Of a stretch of 64,000 nt of DNA, positions 48,752 to 61,341 are shown piece after piece. Origin of the DNA: Lingula anatina (taxonomy: Eukaryota > Animalia > Brachiopoda); the NCBI GenBank assembly GCA_051362555.1, contig CM120641.1:23194401-23258400 (forward strand), read 5' to 3'. Position 1 is the stretch's first letter. Every line of letters begins with the position of its first letter. Made by a program: the position numbers and the translations under genes. Under the pieces are notes generated by a model. It was not told the DNA's origin. It ran no database searches and saw nothing but the letters and a program-made list of their open reading frames with translations.

Positions 48752-51157
48752 ATGACCAAGAATAAGGAAATTGCAAGAAAAGCGGTATGGAGTTTATTTT
48801 TCTGATTAGAAGAACATGTAAAACAATATATTCTTGAGAAAAATTATTCATTTTCTTGTATTTAGATTTTACAAGTACATGTACTAGTACTTACTGTACT
48901 ACTGCATGGGTAGTAAGTAGTATTGCCACAAGTTCATTTACGTAGACCTACTGTTTTTAGTTTTTAAAACTAATGAAAAAAATTCAGAAATGTGCACCTT
49001 AGCAAAGACAAGTAGTAGATGCAATACTAGATATTTCTACTAGTAGTGGTGTACATGTACCAGTATGATGTACCATTACTGCTTTAGCCAGTGAAGGCAC
49101 AGGAACCAAGGAGGCTTATCTCTCAGTTGTTTTTCACACACGTCTGTCATGATAAGGGGGTAAGGAAACCTTACCTCTGTTTTCGGCCTAACATTATAAG
49201 TACTTACCGAAGGTAAGGCCTCCTCCTGCCCTATATTTCAGACACTCAAGGCTATGAATATATCTAGAATCTGGCAAAACTATTTGTCCACCATCACTCA
49301 ATTGCAGTATGTCATTTGCATTCAAAGTGCTTTCTATAGGCTCGTGCACCAGTTTGATGACTTTTATGTCCTTTTACTCCAGCTGTCTTGGATGAATGAA
49401 ATCTCCAGACACCAGCCCCGTGCATAACTTACAAACTCAATTTGGTGGGGGATTTCGACCGCTGATTTTTTCCCCAGTCAGGACCTCCCTGACCCCCCTT
49501 CGATTTCTGGCCCCTCTTGAAATTAGAATTTTGAATATCTGAATCATAGTTTTAAACTGTACCAAATGGCACTGTTTGCCCTCTAAAATACCAATTTTTT
49601 CGGGGCCCTTCGGATCCCACAAACCCCACGCCTAGTATTGGTGGGAGGTCGGCTTCGCATCCACGGATCCGCCCCTGTAAGTGATGACACATTCTAGTGA
49701 AGTCTCAAGAGTTTATAAAATTGGGTTGAATGATGCCTTACCTGCAAAGAATGTAAAGCCTAAAACTGAAACGCCCCCTTCCCCCTGATGCTTACATTTT
49801 ATTTCATGCCAGTGAGGTCATGCATGCCTGAAATTTTTTCAGAAGAAGCCTGTTTTCAGTACACCACAACCTAAGAAAGTGAACAAACCCAATACAGCCA
49901 AGAATATACCTAAGTCTGCTCCACCTAAGAAAAACCAGCAAAGTCCTCAAAATGTGAGAAAGAAGGGCAAGGAAGCACCCAAGATAATACCAATCAAATT
50001 TGAGCAGGAATCTGAGGAAGAATCCGAAGAAGAAAGTTTGAGTGATGAAGAGGTTAAGACTTCACTGTAACTTCATTTGAACTCTGCAGTATCAGTTTGC
50101 TGCTCTCTATGTCCCTGAGTATCATTCCAACTGAATGGATAGATGTATAGGAGGGGCCTTAATCTGATAGATAACATGAACATGATGGTTTTGTTTTCGT
50201 CTTGATTTTACTGTCAAGAGAAAGTTTCTTGTTATTTAAGACAATTTACTTTCACTTCTTGTAATAAGATTATAATTGTAGAGTCCCAGTCAAAGTAATC
50301 CATTGCAACCATTGACCACAGTATTACCTCAGTTCTGTGTTTCTTACAGTTGACAAATGTATTAGAGAAAAAATTAAATAAGAAAATGAAGAATGATAAA
50401 AAGGTAAGTTAAAGAAAACTTTTTAACAAAACTTCAGGTTTTATGTCCCGTGATGTTCATTATGATATTTTGCTGTATGATAGTGTTGCTATGTTTGAAG
50501 TTTATTTGGCAGATATACCAGATGGTGTTATTTCCCTATTGAAATTTTAATAAATGATAAAGTTGACTTTTATAGTAGACAAAGGGATTTGAAATGGTTT
50601 GTATGTTAAAATTAAACCCCTTGAGACTGCAAAACTATGAAAGAGGGGATGAGTCAGTCTCTATGAGAGGAATTTATTATATATTTACAATATACTACCA
50701 TTTGTAAGGATTTTATATTATACAGATATGAGAATAAAATATGGGTTTTTATATCTAGGGTCTAAATCATGAAGAAGAATCAGATGATGATGATGTTGAA
50801 GATGATGATATGGACTCTGAGGACATAGAGGAAGAAAGTGATGATGAAGATGATGATGATGAAGATGATGATGATGATGATGATGATGAAGATGATGAAG
50901 AAGAGGAACATGGTGATGATGAAGAAGATGATGATGAGGAAAATGAAGGTGAAGAAGATGAGGAGGAAGAGGAGGATAGTGAAGAAGAAGGCATGTATAT
51001 TTCAACTGTTTTGTAGAGATAAAGATAACATACTGGTAAAAAAATCCATTCTGTATGTTTAGTGCTTATGAATTGAAATGTCATTAGATTTGTCTAAATT
51101 TGCTAATGTTACACAAGGTTATAATGTACTTATGTATTGATGTTAACAAGTGAGTGA

Positions 51158-51207
<50 letters not shown>

Positions 51208-54200
51208 TAGTGTTTCAGTGAAGTGATTTTTGCATTTTGTGCTTATAAATATTTTGTTTGTTTGTTAATTTCTTAAGTCAAATAAAACTTTTTGAAAAAA
51301 ATTATTTTGACTGATCACCAAGTTTGGCTCAGGTATCGTAGCACATCCTAAACTATTGACTGAGTTGTTTTGAGTCTGTTTTAAACTGTCTAAATTTTGG
51401 TGTTTCAAATTAACTAAAATAGAAAGCAAAAGTAAATAGCATCTACTAGATTGGTAATCTATTTCAGCTGAACTGGTTTATCACCCACTGATCTTTTTAT
51501 GTACAGACACAGATGTGTCTGTACATATTGCCATCACCTGCGTCTGTCGTCGCCGTCGTCGCCGTCGCCGATGCCGATGCCGGCGCCGTGCACTTTCCTT
51601 GTTAACACGATAAGTGGAGGGCAGTTTTACTTTTTGGCTTTATATTTACAGAGCTAATGAGTATTCATAAAACGCAGGTCAAGTTCGAAAATCAGCATGA
51701 TCAGGCCATTATTGTAGAAGTTATGCTGTTTTTTCACTTTTCAGCATATATGCAACCCTGTTAACACATTTTAAGGAAAACCGATAGGCCTGTTGTCATG
51801 AAACTCACAGGAGTAATCAATCTTACTAAAATGCAGGTCAAGTTCGAAAATTGGCATGATCGGGCCACTATTTTAGTAGTTATGCTGTTTTTTCACATTT
51901 TAGCATATATGCAACACTGTAAACACAATATAAGAAAAACAGATAGACCAATTGTCATTAAACTCACAGGAGTGGTCAATCTTACTTAAATGCAGGTTGA
52001 GTTTGAAAATTAGTATAATCGGGCCATTGTTTTAGAAGTCATGCTGTTTTTTCACATTTCCTCAAATTCAATTCTTAGGCATGTTAACAGTCTTATTATT
52101 TCATTAATAAGACACATAAAAGTGTTTGTTTGACATTTCCTGCATCTTTACAACATTGTTAGTTGATTATGTAGAAATAATGTTTAACTTGTTATCGTGT
52201 ATTGTGTAATAAAGTGTCAAAAATGGAAATAAACTCATATCAGTCAAATTCAATCATTTACTATGTTCAGAATGTCAGAATGGAGGAAATTGGACATTTG
52301 ACACAGTTCTATTGATAATTGTCCCATCTCATCAATTTTCTTAGTTGATCATATAAAAATGGCAGTAAACTGTTTATTTCATCTTATATTAAAAAAGTGT
52401 TAAAAATGGAAATAAACCCATTTCAGCACAGTGCTGTCTAGTTTACATTTTGGCATATTCAAGGTGTCACTTTGAAGTTCCATGGGCATGAAGACCTTTG
52501 CTAGTCACATTTTCTGAATATACATGATATTATTAAAAATTGATGATCATTATGCTGTTAAACATTATGTAATATTGCATCAAAATTTGAAAATAAACCT
52601 ATTTTGGGCACTGCTCCCATGATGACCATTTAAGGAAAACCATGTCATTTACTGTTCTCAAACTTACAGAAAGAAACATGGGACTTAAATACAGCTTCAG
52701 TAGGCAATGCAGTCTGTTTGGTAATTCTTTCTGCCGGTTAAACAGTTTTTTTGTGAAAGTTTAATTTTTCACATATTGGCATTTTCAAGGTGTGACTTTG
52801 AAGTTCCACGGGCTTGAAGACCCATGCTAGACATATTTTCTGAAAATCCATGATACCTTTATTTTATTATTAAAAATTGATTGTCATTATGCTGTTAACC
52901 ATTATGTAATATTGCATCAGAATAGAAGAACACACAATTTTGGGTGCTGCTGCCATGAAAACCATTATGGGAAAACCATGTTACTTATGATTTTCAAACT
53001 TTCAAAAAAGAAATACAGGACTAAAATGCAGCCTGAGTTGGAAAAGCAGTCTAATTGACTTCTTTTTCTGGAAGTTATACATTTTCAGAGTGTGAACTTG
53101 AACTCCTATGGGGCTGAAGCCTTATGCTTGTTACACATTTTACTTACATTGGAATTACCTGTTAAGCATAATTAAAATTTGATGTTGAATTTGCAGTTTA
53201 GCATAATGTACTTTTGCATCAGAATTGACTGTACCCTATTTTGTTTTTTTTTTCTTCTTTTTGTCTGTACATTTGACAGCTTTGCTGCCTTGTTGTAATT
53301 TAGAAACCCAACCCCAGATTCAGAGCAAGAAAAATAAACCACAAACTGAAAAGGTCAGCATAAATGAAAAGAAAGCACAGAAGAGAACGGCAGTTGAGTC
53401 AGGTACTTATAAATCTTTGCTTTTACAAGGTAGGATAACTACACATTTCATGTAAATCTTTAACCTGATTATATTTTAGTTACTTTTCTTTGCAATGCTT
53501 TGTCCAAAGGAGGTGGCTGATGATATTTGATGTTTTGCTTTTGTATGATGCACCTTGAAATTAGTTGCCACATTTCCTTGTGTAATGAATTTGTTTTATA
53601 GAGAAACTTTGCCAGGATAATAAGATATATCGCTCTTACTATTTAACTACAAACTCAAGCATATCTGTACAAATAGCCACACCTGCATCTGTCAGCATTG
53701 TGGCCATATACTTTTCTCTGTTAAAAAATTAATGGAACAATGAGTGAATTTTTATCCTCAAATTTACTCTTGGTGCTAATATACTACAGGTTAATTCCAT
53801 TGAAATTGCACTGGGAAATACAGCTGCCACAAAAAAAAAAACATGATGTAGTTTTATTAATTTTTTTTACACATGCATTGAAAGTGTAGCAGTAGTAGTG
53901 TAGCCCTAGCAATATCATTTAGATATATTTCACTAGCATATGTAAACAATGTTTAAAATAAATTATAGCTGTTATCCACTAAAAAAAGTAATGCATCCTG
54001 TCAATGGCTGTTTAAGTATTCCTATATCCTGGTCATAAAATTTCAATTGTTCTTATAAATTTTAGTGGCAGATGTTAAAAAATTGGCAGGCGATGAAGAA
54101 AGATTACGTAAGTGGGTACTTACTATCGATTTAATATTAAACATATTGTTTTAAGGGTTTAGGTCAATACCATTTGTAAACAGCAATGTTTTTAGCAATA

Positions 54201-55109
54201 TTTTACAAAAGCAGTATGTGATGTTACAACAAATTCAACCCAGTTCTCGGTATGTTTAAGGTAGATTGGTTGTTACGTAATTTGACGATTTGCGCAATTT
54301 CAGCGCATCGTCAATCGTCTCTAACGACACTTCAGTCTGTTTTATCAATTTGAGGAAATAAAACAATTATCTATAAGATAAACACACATTATCAACCTGT
54401 CTGTAACTCTGTATGATCGATACAGATTTTCGTCGGAATAGCTCCTTTTCCAGTTTGAATTGGCATTAGAAAATGTATGACAGCTAAAGCTCACAAATTA
54501 TGCACGTAGGTGCTATATCATGTTAAGAATAAGTATTGTAAATTCCAATCAAAGCGGCTGCGTACATTTTGAGGTAGAACACCCTGAATGTGCTGCAAAC
54601 CGTAGCTTAGATTTCGACGAAAACCGGAAGTGAGTCATAACGCCACTCAAAATTTGGACTGAGAAATATTTCGTAGCTTATACAAATGTTCAGAAAATGG
54701 CAATACAGCTTGAAGAAAATTCACTAATCAAAATTGAAACTGCGTTATACTATACAGAAAAATTGTGTACTTCTGACCTTGACTTGTCAGTGTAAACAAA
54801 GTGTACTGAACGCACCGCAAGCAAGCATGCACGTGAATGCCGCATTTGATACTTTGTATCAGACGCTTCATTTTACTTGACAACACAGTGTTTACGATGT
54901 CACGTTCATGTTATATTCATTAATAAATAGCAACGACAATATACTATTTTCATATGCATGAGTATTTCTCTTATTACTCTCTTCAATAATTTTGTTGTAA
55001 AGTTAATGGCTTACACCTTCTCATCAGTATGACAAATCCGAAAATAGCTGAGTATACTCTCTTCAACTGTTAAACATAATGAAAGTTTTAAATGTACTTA
55101 GATGTCTCT

Positions 55110-55158
<49 letters not shown>

Positions 55159-57285
55159 AAAAATCATAAGAAATAACGATTTAAAGAAAAACACCCATTT
55201 TCCCATTGATTTGAATGGGGACTTCCGACTAGTGCGTCACGTAGGGTGTAACGCACTTCAACTTGGCGTAGTTCTCTTATTTGGTCGGTAACCCCCAACT
55301 TTTTTGGCAAAATTAAAATCTACTTGGATGCCTCTTTACGCAAAAAGTTTTTTTTTTTAATTCAAACGTTAGAAAAATCATAAAAAATAACGTTTTGGTG
55401 AAAAACACCCATTTTCCCATTGATTTGAATGGGGACTAGTGCGTCACGCAGGGTGTCATGCACTTCAACTTGGCGTAGTTCTCTTATTTGGTCAGTGACC
55501 CCCAATTTTCTTGGTAAAATTTAAATGTACTTGGAGGCCTCTTTACATAAAAATTTTTTTTTAAAAATTCGAACGTCAGAAAGTCATAAAAAATAATGCT
55601 TTAGTGAAAAAACACCCATTTTCCCATTGATTTGAATGGGGACTAGTGCGATAAGCAGGGTGTATCATACTTGGGGCTAGTTCTCTTATTTGGTCGGTGA
55701 CCCCCAATTTTTTTTTGCAAATTTTTAATGTACTTGGGTGTCTCTTCAAACAAAAAAAATTTTTTTTAAAATTCGAACGGTGGAACATGTAACGACCGAT
55801 CTACCTTAAGTGGTATACACACTGGTAGACTATATCAAGATGTTTAGTGCAACTTTCTAAGGGAGTCCCCATTAAAGGCATGTGGCCAATGTCAGTTATT
55901 GTTAGTGAAGTGTGTCCAGGTTTGTTATTATCATTGATTCTTATAAAAAATGCCAGATGGGAAGTTGCAGGGTATGCCGGATGGGGAGTTACATAGTGTG
56001 AAACCATATCTTGCAAGTTGGGCAATCAAGAATTCATAGTCTTATACAAGTATGAATTAAACTGTTCAACTTTTTAAGATTGTCCATTTGGCTTGAAGTG
56101 TTCCATAAAGTAATCCCAACTAATTTAAAAACCTTATTAATAAGGACGTTTTATTGTGTTTTAGGTTTGAGGGACAGGAAAACATTATTTATAAAAGGCT
56201 TTCCAGGTGACACCACAGATGATAAATTGAAGGCTTTATCAAAAGATATTTTGGATGTGCGTATGAGAGTAAGGAAGAAAGGCAGTCCTAAATCATTGGC
56301 GTAAGACTTTTTTCTTGTTTTGTTTCAAATTAAGAGAGAAATTGTCACATAAACACCCTTCTTATTCAAACATAAAGCATTTTTAGAAAAAATTATATTT
56401 AAACTCGATAAAGATTCAGAGGCCACTGACCATGTTTTCTTTTTGAACGGCACTAACTTTGAACCTATCTCTCTGTTCAATAGATAGTTAGGCCAAGCAT
56501 TAGTGCCAAAGAAAAGTGGAGCAAATGAAACTTGAGATTTATTCTTGAATATTAAGTTTCGTTCTGCTGTACATTTAAGTTTAAAGAAGATAATTTTAAA
56601 AGCTATAAATGATATAGTGTTTCCAGTATTTTTTGGCTTTTTTTCTAATAAATGGTAAGTGCATTCTCTACTTCTCCATCTTTTCTTATAGATTTGCATT
56701 CCTTGAATTCAAAGATGAAGCAACAGCAGAAAAGAACCACAAACTTTTATCAAGCAAGAAAATTGGGGATAATCAGATACATGTGGATTATGTTGGAGAA
56801 AAGAGCAAACTTGGGGCCAACAAGAAAGAAGTGAATGCACGTAAGGAGTTTGAAAGATTTGCAGACATCTCAGGTGGCTCGAAGAAAAAAAAAAAACATT
56901 AGTAATTTCAAAGCTCAATAACTTAAGCAGTTTTGAAGGTATTGCAATGAAATTTGGGATATTTTGGGAATTTCAAAATGTTGTTTTAAATAAATGCTGA
57001 CAATTTCATGACTCCACCTTTCTTAGTTTTGGCCCAACAAAAAAATTAAAATTTTAAGTTAAGGAGTTCCATGTCAGCATTTTTTAAATGTTAGTTTTGG
57101 CACACCAAATAATTAAAATCATAAGTAAAAAAGTGCCATGCCATGTGTGCCCAAACTAAGAAGGGCAGAGTCATTTATTTGAACTATCATATTCCTAAAA
57201 TATTTCAAATTTCATTGCAATATCTTCAAAACTGTTGAAGTTATTAAACTTTAAACTGAAATTAGTACCCTTTACTTATTTACTT

Positions 57286-57325
<40 letters not shown>

Positions 57326-58411
57326 TTATTATTTTTAGCCACTGGATATGAAATATCCCACTAACTAGCATGAGAAGAAGATTGATAATTTATTTAATTG
57401 ATCTTCCATTCATGCTCTTCTACATATTTCTCATATATTACATTTCAGAGGACCTAGATCCACTCAAGTTATATGTCACTGGTTTCTCCAATGAACTCTC
57501 CAAAGCAGAGTGTACCTCACATCTAAAGAAGCTATTTCCAGCTGCCTCCTCGGTAACAATACCAACCCGTAAACGAGACAATAAGCTCTTGGGGTGAGCA
57601 CTGATAAACTGACATACATTTTGTTATCATTTTCTTTGATCAAGAAGAGATGAGAAACCAACCATGAAACCTAACTTGGGTTCTAATATCTGTAAATTTT
57701 CTTGTAATTGTCAACTGTCTTTTGCATTATTTAAATCAGTTGAAATATTTTAAACATAACCTTGCTTTTCACTGATTGAAACTTTAAATGTGTTTGTTTC
57801 TTTGTAGGTATGCATTTATTCATTTTAATATAGAGGCTGATGTGAAAACAGCACATGACACTATGCAAGAGAAAAAGATTTCAGGGAAAAAAATAGTTGT
57901 TTTATATGCACGAAAAAGCAAAAAAGAGAATACCAAAAAACAGAAAAAAACAGGTGAGTTCTCAAGAAGCATGCTCTCTGAAAATAAACATGCTTTGGAT
58001 GCCAGAGCATTCATTTAAAGATAAGATTTAAGATTTAAAATAGATTATAACAGAAAGTGTTTATCCTGATATATCAGAGATTATGATATAGGAATATTTT
58101 ATTCTCACTTTTAGTACATATTGGAAATTTGTTGTTTGAAAATTTCAGAAAAAGAGCCACCTGCAAAGAAGCAAAAAAAGACAAAGACTGATGATGATGA
58201 TGATGATGATGATGAAGAAGACGATGATGATGAGGACGATGATGATGTTGATGAAGAAGAGGATGATGATGATGATGAAGAAGAGGATGATGATGATGAC
58301 AACGATGAAGAAGAAGAGGAGGAGGAGGATGAAAGTGAGGGAGATGGAGATGATGATGAGGAAGATGATGATGATGATGACGACGATGATGATGATGATG
58401 ATGAAGATTAG
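48752..58411 (+). CDS. Nucleolin-like protein: basic N-terminus, acidic tract, 2 RRMs, NLS and long acidic C-terminal tail, no GAR domain
   Basis: Eleven phase-consistent exons: 48752-48784, 49843-50052, 50350-50403, 50759-50990 (GC donor), 53304-53402, 54066-54107, 56165-56300, 56692-56840, 57449-57593, 57808-57953, 58149-58411. RRM A: RDRKTLFIKGFP..AFAFLEF..VDYVGEKSK. RRM B: LKLYVTGF..GYAFIHF. NLS PPAKKQK. Confidence 0.88.
51162..51203. repeat. (GT)n microsatellite
   Basis: Uninterrupted TG run. Confidence 0.95.
51494..53294 (+). mobile_element. Non-autonomous Helentron (HINE), family A copy 2
   Basis: Colinear and highly similar to 4295-6284, including the 5' palindrome, GTCGCC microsatellite, 159-bp units and 3' end TGTCTGTACATTTGACAGCTTTGCTGCCTTGTT. 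Confidence 0.88.
54260..55805. mobile_element. Non-autonomous Kolobok-like DNA transposon
   Basis: TTAA TSD (54256-54259 and 55806-55809) and imperfect TIR GGTAGATTGGTTGTTAC / GTAACGACCGATCTACC. It carries (CA)n and three ~210-bp tandem units containing CACCCATTTTCCCATTGATTTGAATGGGGA. Confidence 0.8.
56900..57266. mobile_element. Fold-back MITE-like inverted repeat
   Basis: CAGTTTTGAAGGTATTGCAATGAAATTTG is opposite CAAATTTCATTGCAATATCTTCAAAACTG, with further inner complementarity. Confidence 0.7.
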
Positions 58412-61341
58412 TGGCACTGAATGAAAATAAGACCTGTACATAGTTCAACACAACTTTACTGGATGAAATGGCATTAATACATTAGAGTCATCAAAGTTCA
58501 TAAGATCAAAAACAAACTTGTGTTTTTGTTCTTTATTCATTTATCATCTTAACGGTAGATTGAATACACATTTACTCATTTTTTAGAAATGATGGACATA
58601 CTTTTAAGTAAGGGATATATTTTATGCATAGCATTTTCATGAATGCAACAGAAGCATTGCTTAACATTTTAGTCACTCGTCAGCGGAAAGTACTTTTAAG
58701 TCAGAATAGTTCAATTTTTGCAGCAGTCTATATGCTGTTGGTTCCCAGATTTTACATGTGATTTTATAGTTCACACCAAATAAGGATGTGCAACTCTGTC
58801 TTTACTCTGATAAAGGTGACTGAAACGTGTTTGCTGATCAGTTTAATCTCTGTACATTTTCAGAACATCCAATGTTTTTGTAGAGGGGTGTTCTAGTCAA
58901 ATTATGGACCAACAGTACCATTGGGGGTCCACGGTTGAAAAAAGAGCTTTTGAAAAAGTCACTAGGTGTATTTAAGGTAGATGATGCTTAAATAGAAAAT
59001 ATATCAAACAGATGGAAGTTTCATTAAAGCTCAAGCCAGAAACAAAATAGAATTATGTTACTTAGTTCTTAATTAAGTGCATTTTCTGCACCCTGGAAAC
59101 TACTGTAAAGTTGTAAAATGTCTGATCACCCAAGTTTTGAATGAGGATTGCTGTTGGAATTGATACTCTTAATTGAAGAACAAGAAGCCCCAGTATATTT
59201 TAAGAAAAGAAAGATTTATAGTAACTATTGGTATCCATCTTTTTTTCAGCAGATTGTCAGAAAAAAGTCTGCCTGACTGTCGACTTTTCAAGACATGCTT
59301 CACACATTCTAGTTGGTCAGTTTTCTTAACCTGTGTTTCTGTTTCTTTTGGTGTTGGTGGCAATTGTTAGGTTTTATTGAGGTATTGGTGTACACTACTC
59401 CAAAAATTTTGAGTCAGCTTTGTGTAGAGTTCTCAAATGAAAAGGCGAAATATACTGATGCTTCATGGAAATCTTTTGGATAAGCCTTTGAATCTGCGCA
59501 GTATTGAGATATGAAGTGGATAAAATTGCGAATGCTTTAGTCTTATAACTTGAAAATTTTCCTCTTACATCAAGTTTTACTTTACAAGTGTTATTTCATT
59601 GTTTTGGCAGTGGTTTCAACATGGTTCAGTTGAATGTAGAACATCCCTCAAATCGTTTACATAATGATGACTAAAGTAATTTTAGAATTAATCTGGGGTT
59701 TTGCCACTGGTTGTTTAGAATGGTCAATTAAATTAATATTCTTCTGCCAATTTGTGTACTAGCTTGTCCTTTCTTGTAATGTGAAATGTACAGATTCCTA
59801 CCAGAAAACCATCCTTTCCAACCTGAAATGGGTATTATGGTCTTTCCATTAGCTTCTAGACACTACAGCCACAGTAACCTGTCAGCCAATCAAAATGTTA
59901 GTGAATGAGATAAAATTTTTTATGAACTGTGGGAGGGGGGTATGTGTCTACATATCCCTTTTATAGATGTAGAGAGAGACTGGGATGTGAATTAAGCAGA
60001 GAAGTCAAAACTATGGTAAATAACCTGTAGTAATATTACAATGTCCTTTATTCTTAGCAGACAATTTTTGAGAAATTGAACTCATTAGTAAGGTGCAATT
60101 TAAAGAAAAATTCTCAAAATTTTCTGTAGTACAAATGGTTTTTTTGCTCCACAAAGTGGATTCTTGCAAGGAGCTCTACATCATAAAATTTGGTTAACTT
60201 AATAAATTCCAATATAATATCTCCCCCAAAATGATAGTCACCCTTTCCATTACATCAGACCTTCAAATATGACTTCTTTCCAGGGACTTCTTAGTCTGTA
60301 TTTTGATACCAAACAAGTTTTAATCTATAAAATTTTTATTTGCTGAAATATGCAAATCTTACAATTCTCGATTACAAAACATTTGCACTCTTTACATATA
60401 CACAGTAGAATATAACTAACAATACCTGTTTAATTTCACCTTTCAAATCTCAGGAAGGTGACAAAGCCAAACTGGGTAAAATCATAACAGACAGAAAATG
60501 GTAGTAAATTTGACAACATGAAGATGCACCAATTAATTGGGTCTAGGCATTCAGAATGCATTGCAGTTAATAAGAATACACTAATCAATTATTACCCACT
60601 ACCAAAAATGCTGCATTCGTATATAAAATAGTAATGAGTTACAACAATGTGTTTTAGCATAAAGGAAATTTGAATTTTGGCATATATAATGGATGGGGGG
60701 GGAGTCATCTATTCATTTCTTGACAATTGGCAGCATCTCCAAATTATGTATTGATATGGTTCCAATAGGCAAATTTACAAAGTTAAATCATCTTGATGAA
60801 TTAAGTCTGGTTACTAACTAGATTAACTTCCCTGCTAAATGTAGCTGGTCCATTGCATTTACAAATGTACATTAATCTGCAGCCCAAGCAAAAGGAGGGA
60901 AAAAAGATAACACATTTTAGATTATGAACTTATTTTAAATCACTCTCTTTCAACAAGATGTCTCAGCATTTTTTGCTGCAATTACTACAGTCATAACAGA
61001 AGCAATAAATATGTGCAAATATATTGACAAGACCAAATGCATCTACATCCAGTGAAGACTAACATTGAGTTGCTGACATTTTTATCACTGGAAGAGCCCA
61101 TCTTGTCCTACTGGTAGAATTCATTTAGAAAACTACCATAACTGGGGTTGAAGGCATATAACAAAGCATTAACATCCTCTGCCTCAAACATTGCATGAAA
61201 TTCCAGTGTAGGCAGGCATAACAAAGTTATCGTATCAGTCGACAGTGTGCCATTTTCCTCCTTCAAAGTCCTTTTCAACAGTCTCAGTGGCTAAATTCAA
61301 CTGGCTGTTATTACGTTGTTGTCCTTTGGATTTTTGTCTTG

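Noticed and set aside
49681-49769. GTGATGA...CTGA C/D-like pattern in intron 1 of the nucleolin-like gene
   Set aside because: No terminal stem or recognisable guide, and it directly abuts a MITE end.
50718-51084. Poly-His, poly-Ser and poly-Met ORFs (also at 58074-58451)
   Set aside because: They are alternative-frame and antisense readings of (GAT/GAA)n acidic exons.
53506-53580. Hairpin with TGATGA resembling a pre-miRNA or snoRNA
   Set aside because: No box D next to the stem, weak pairing, and no known miRNA recognised.
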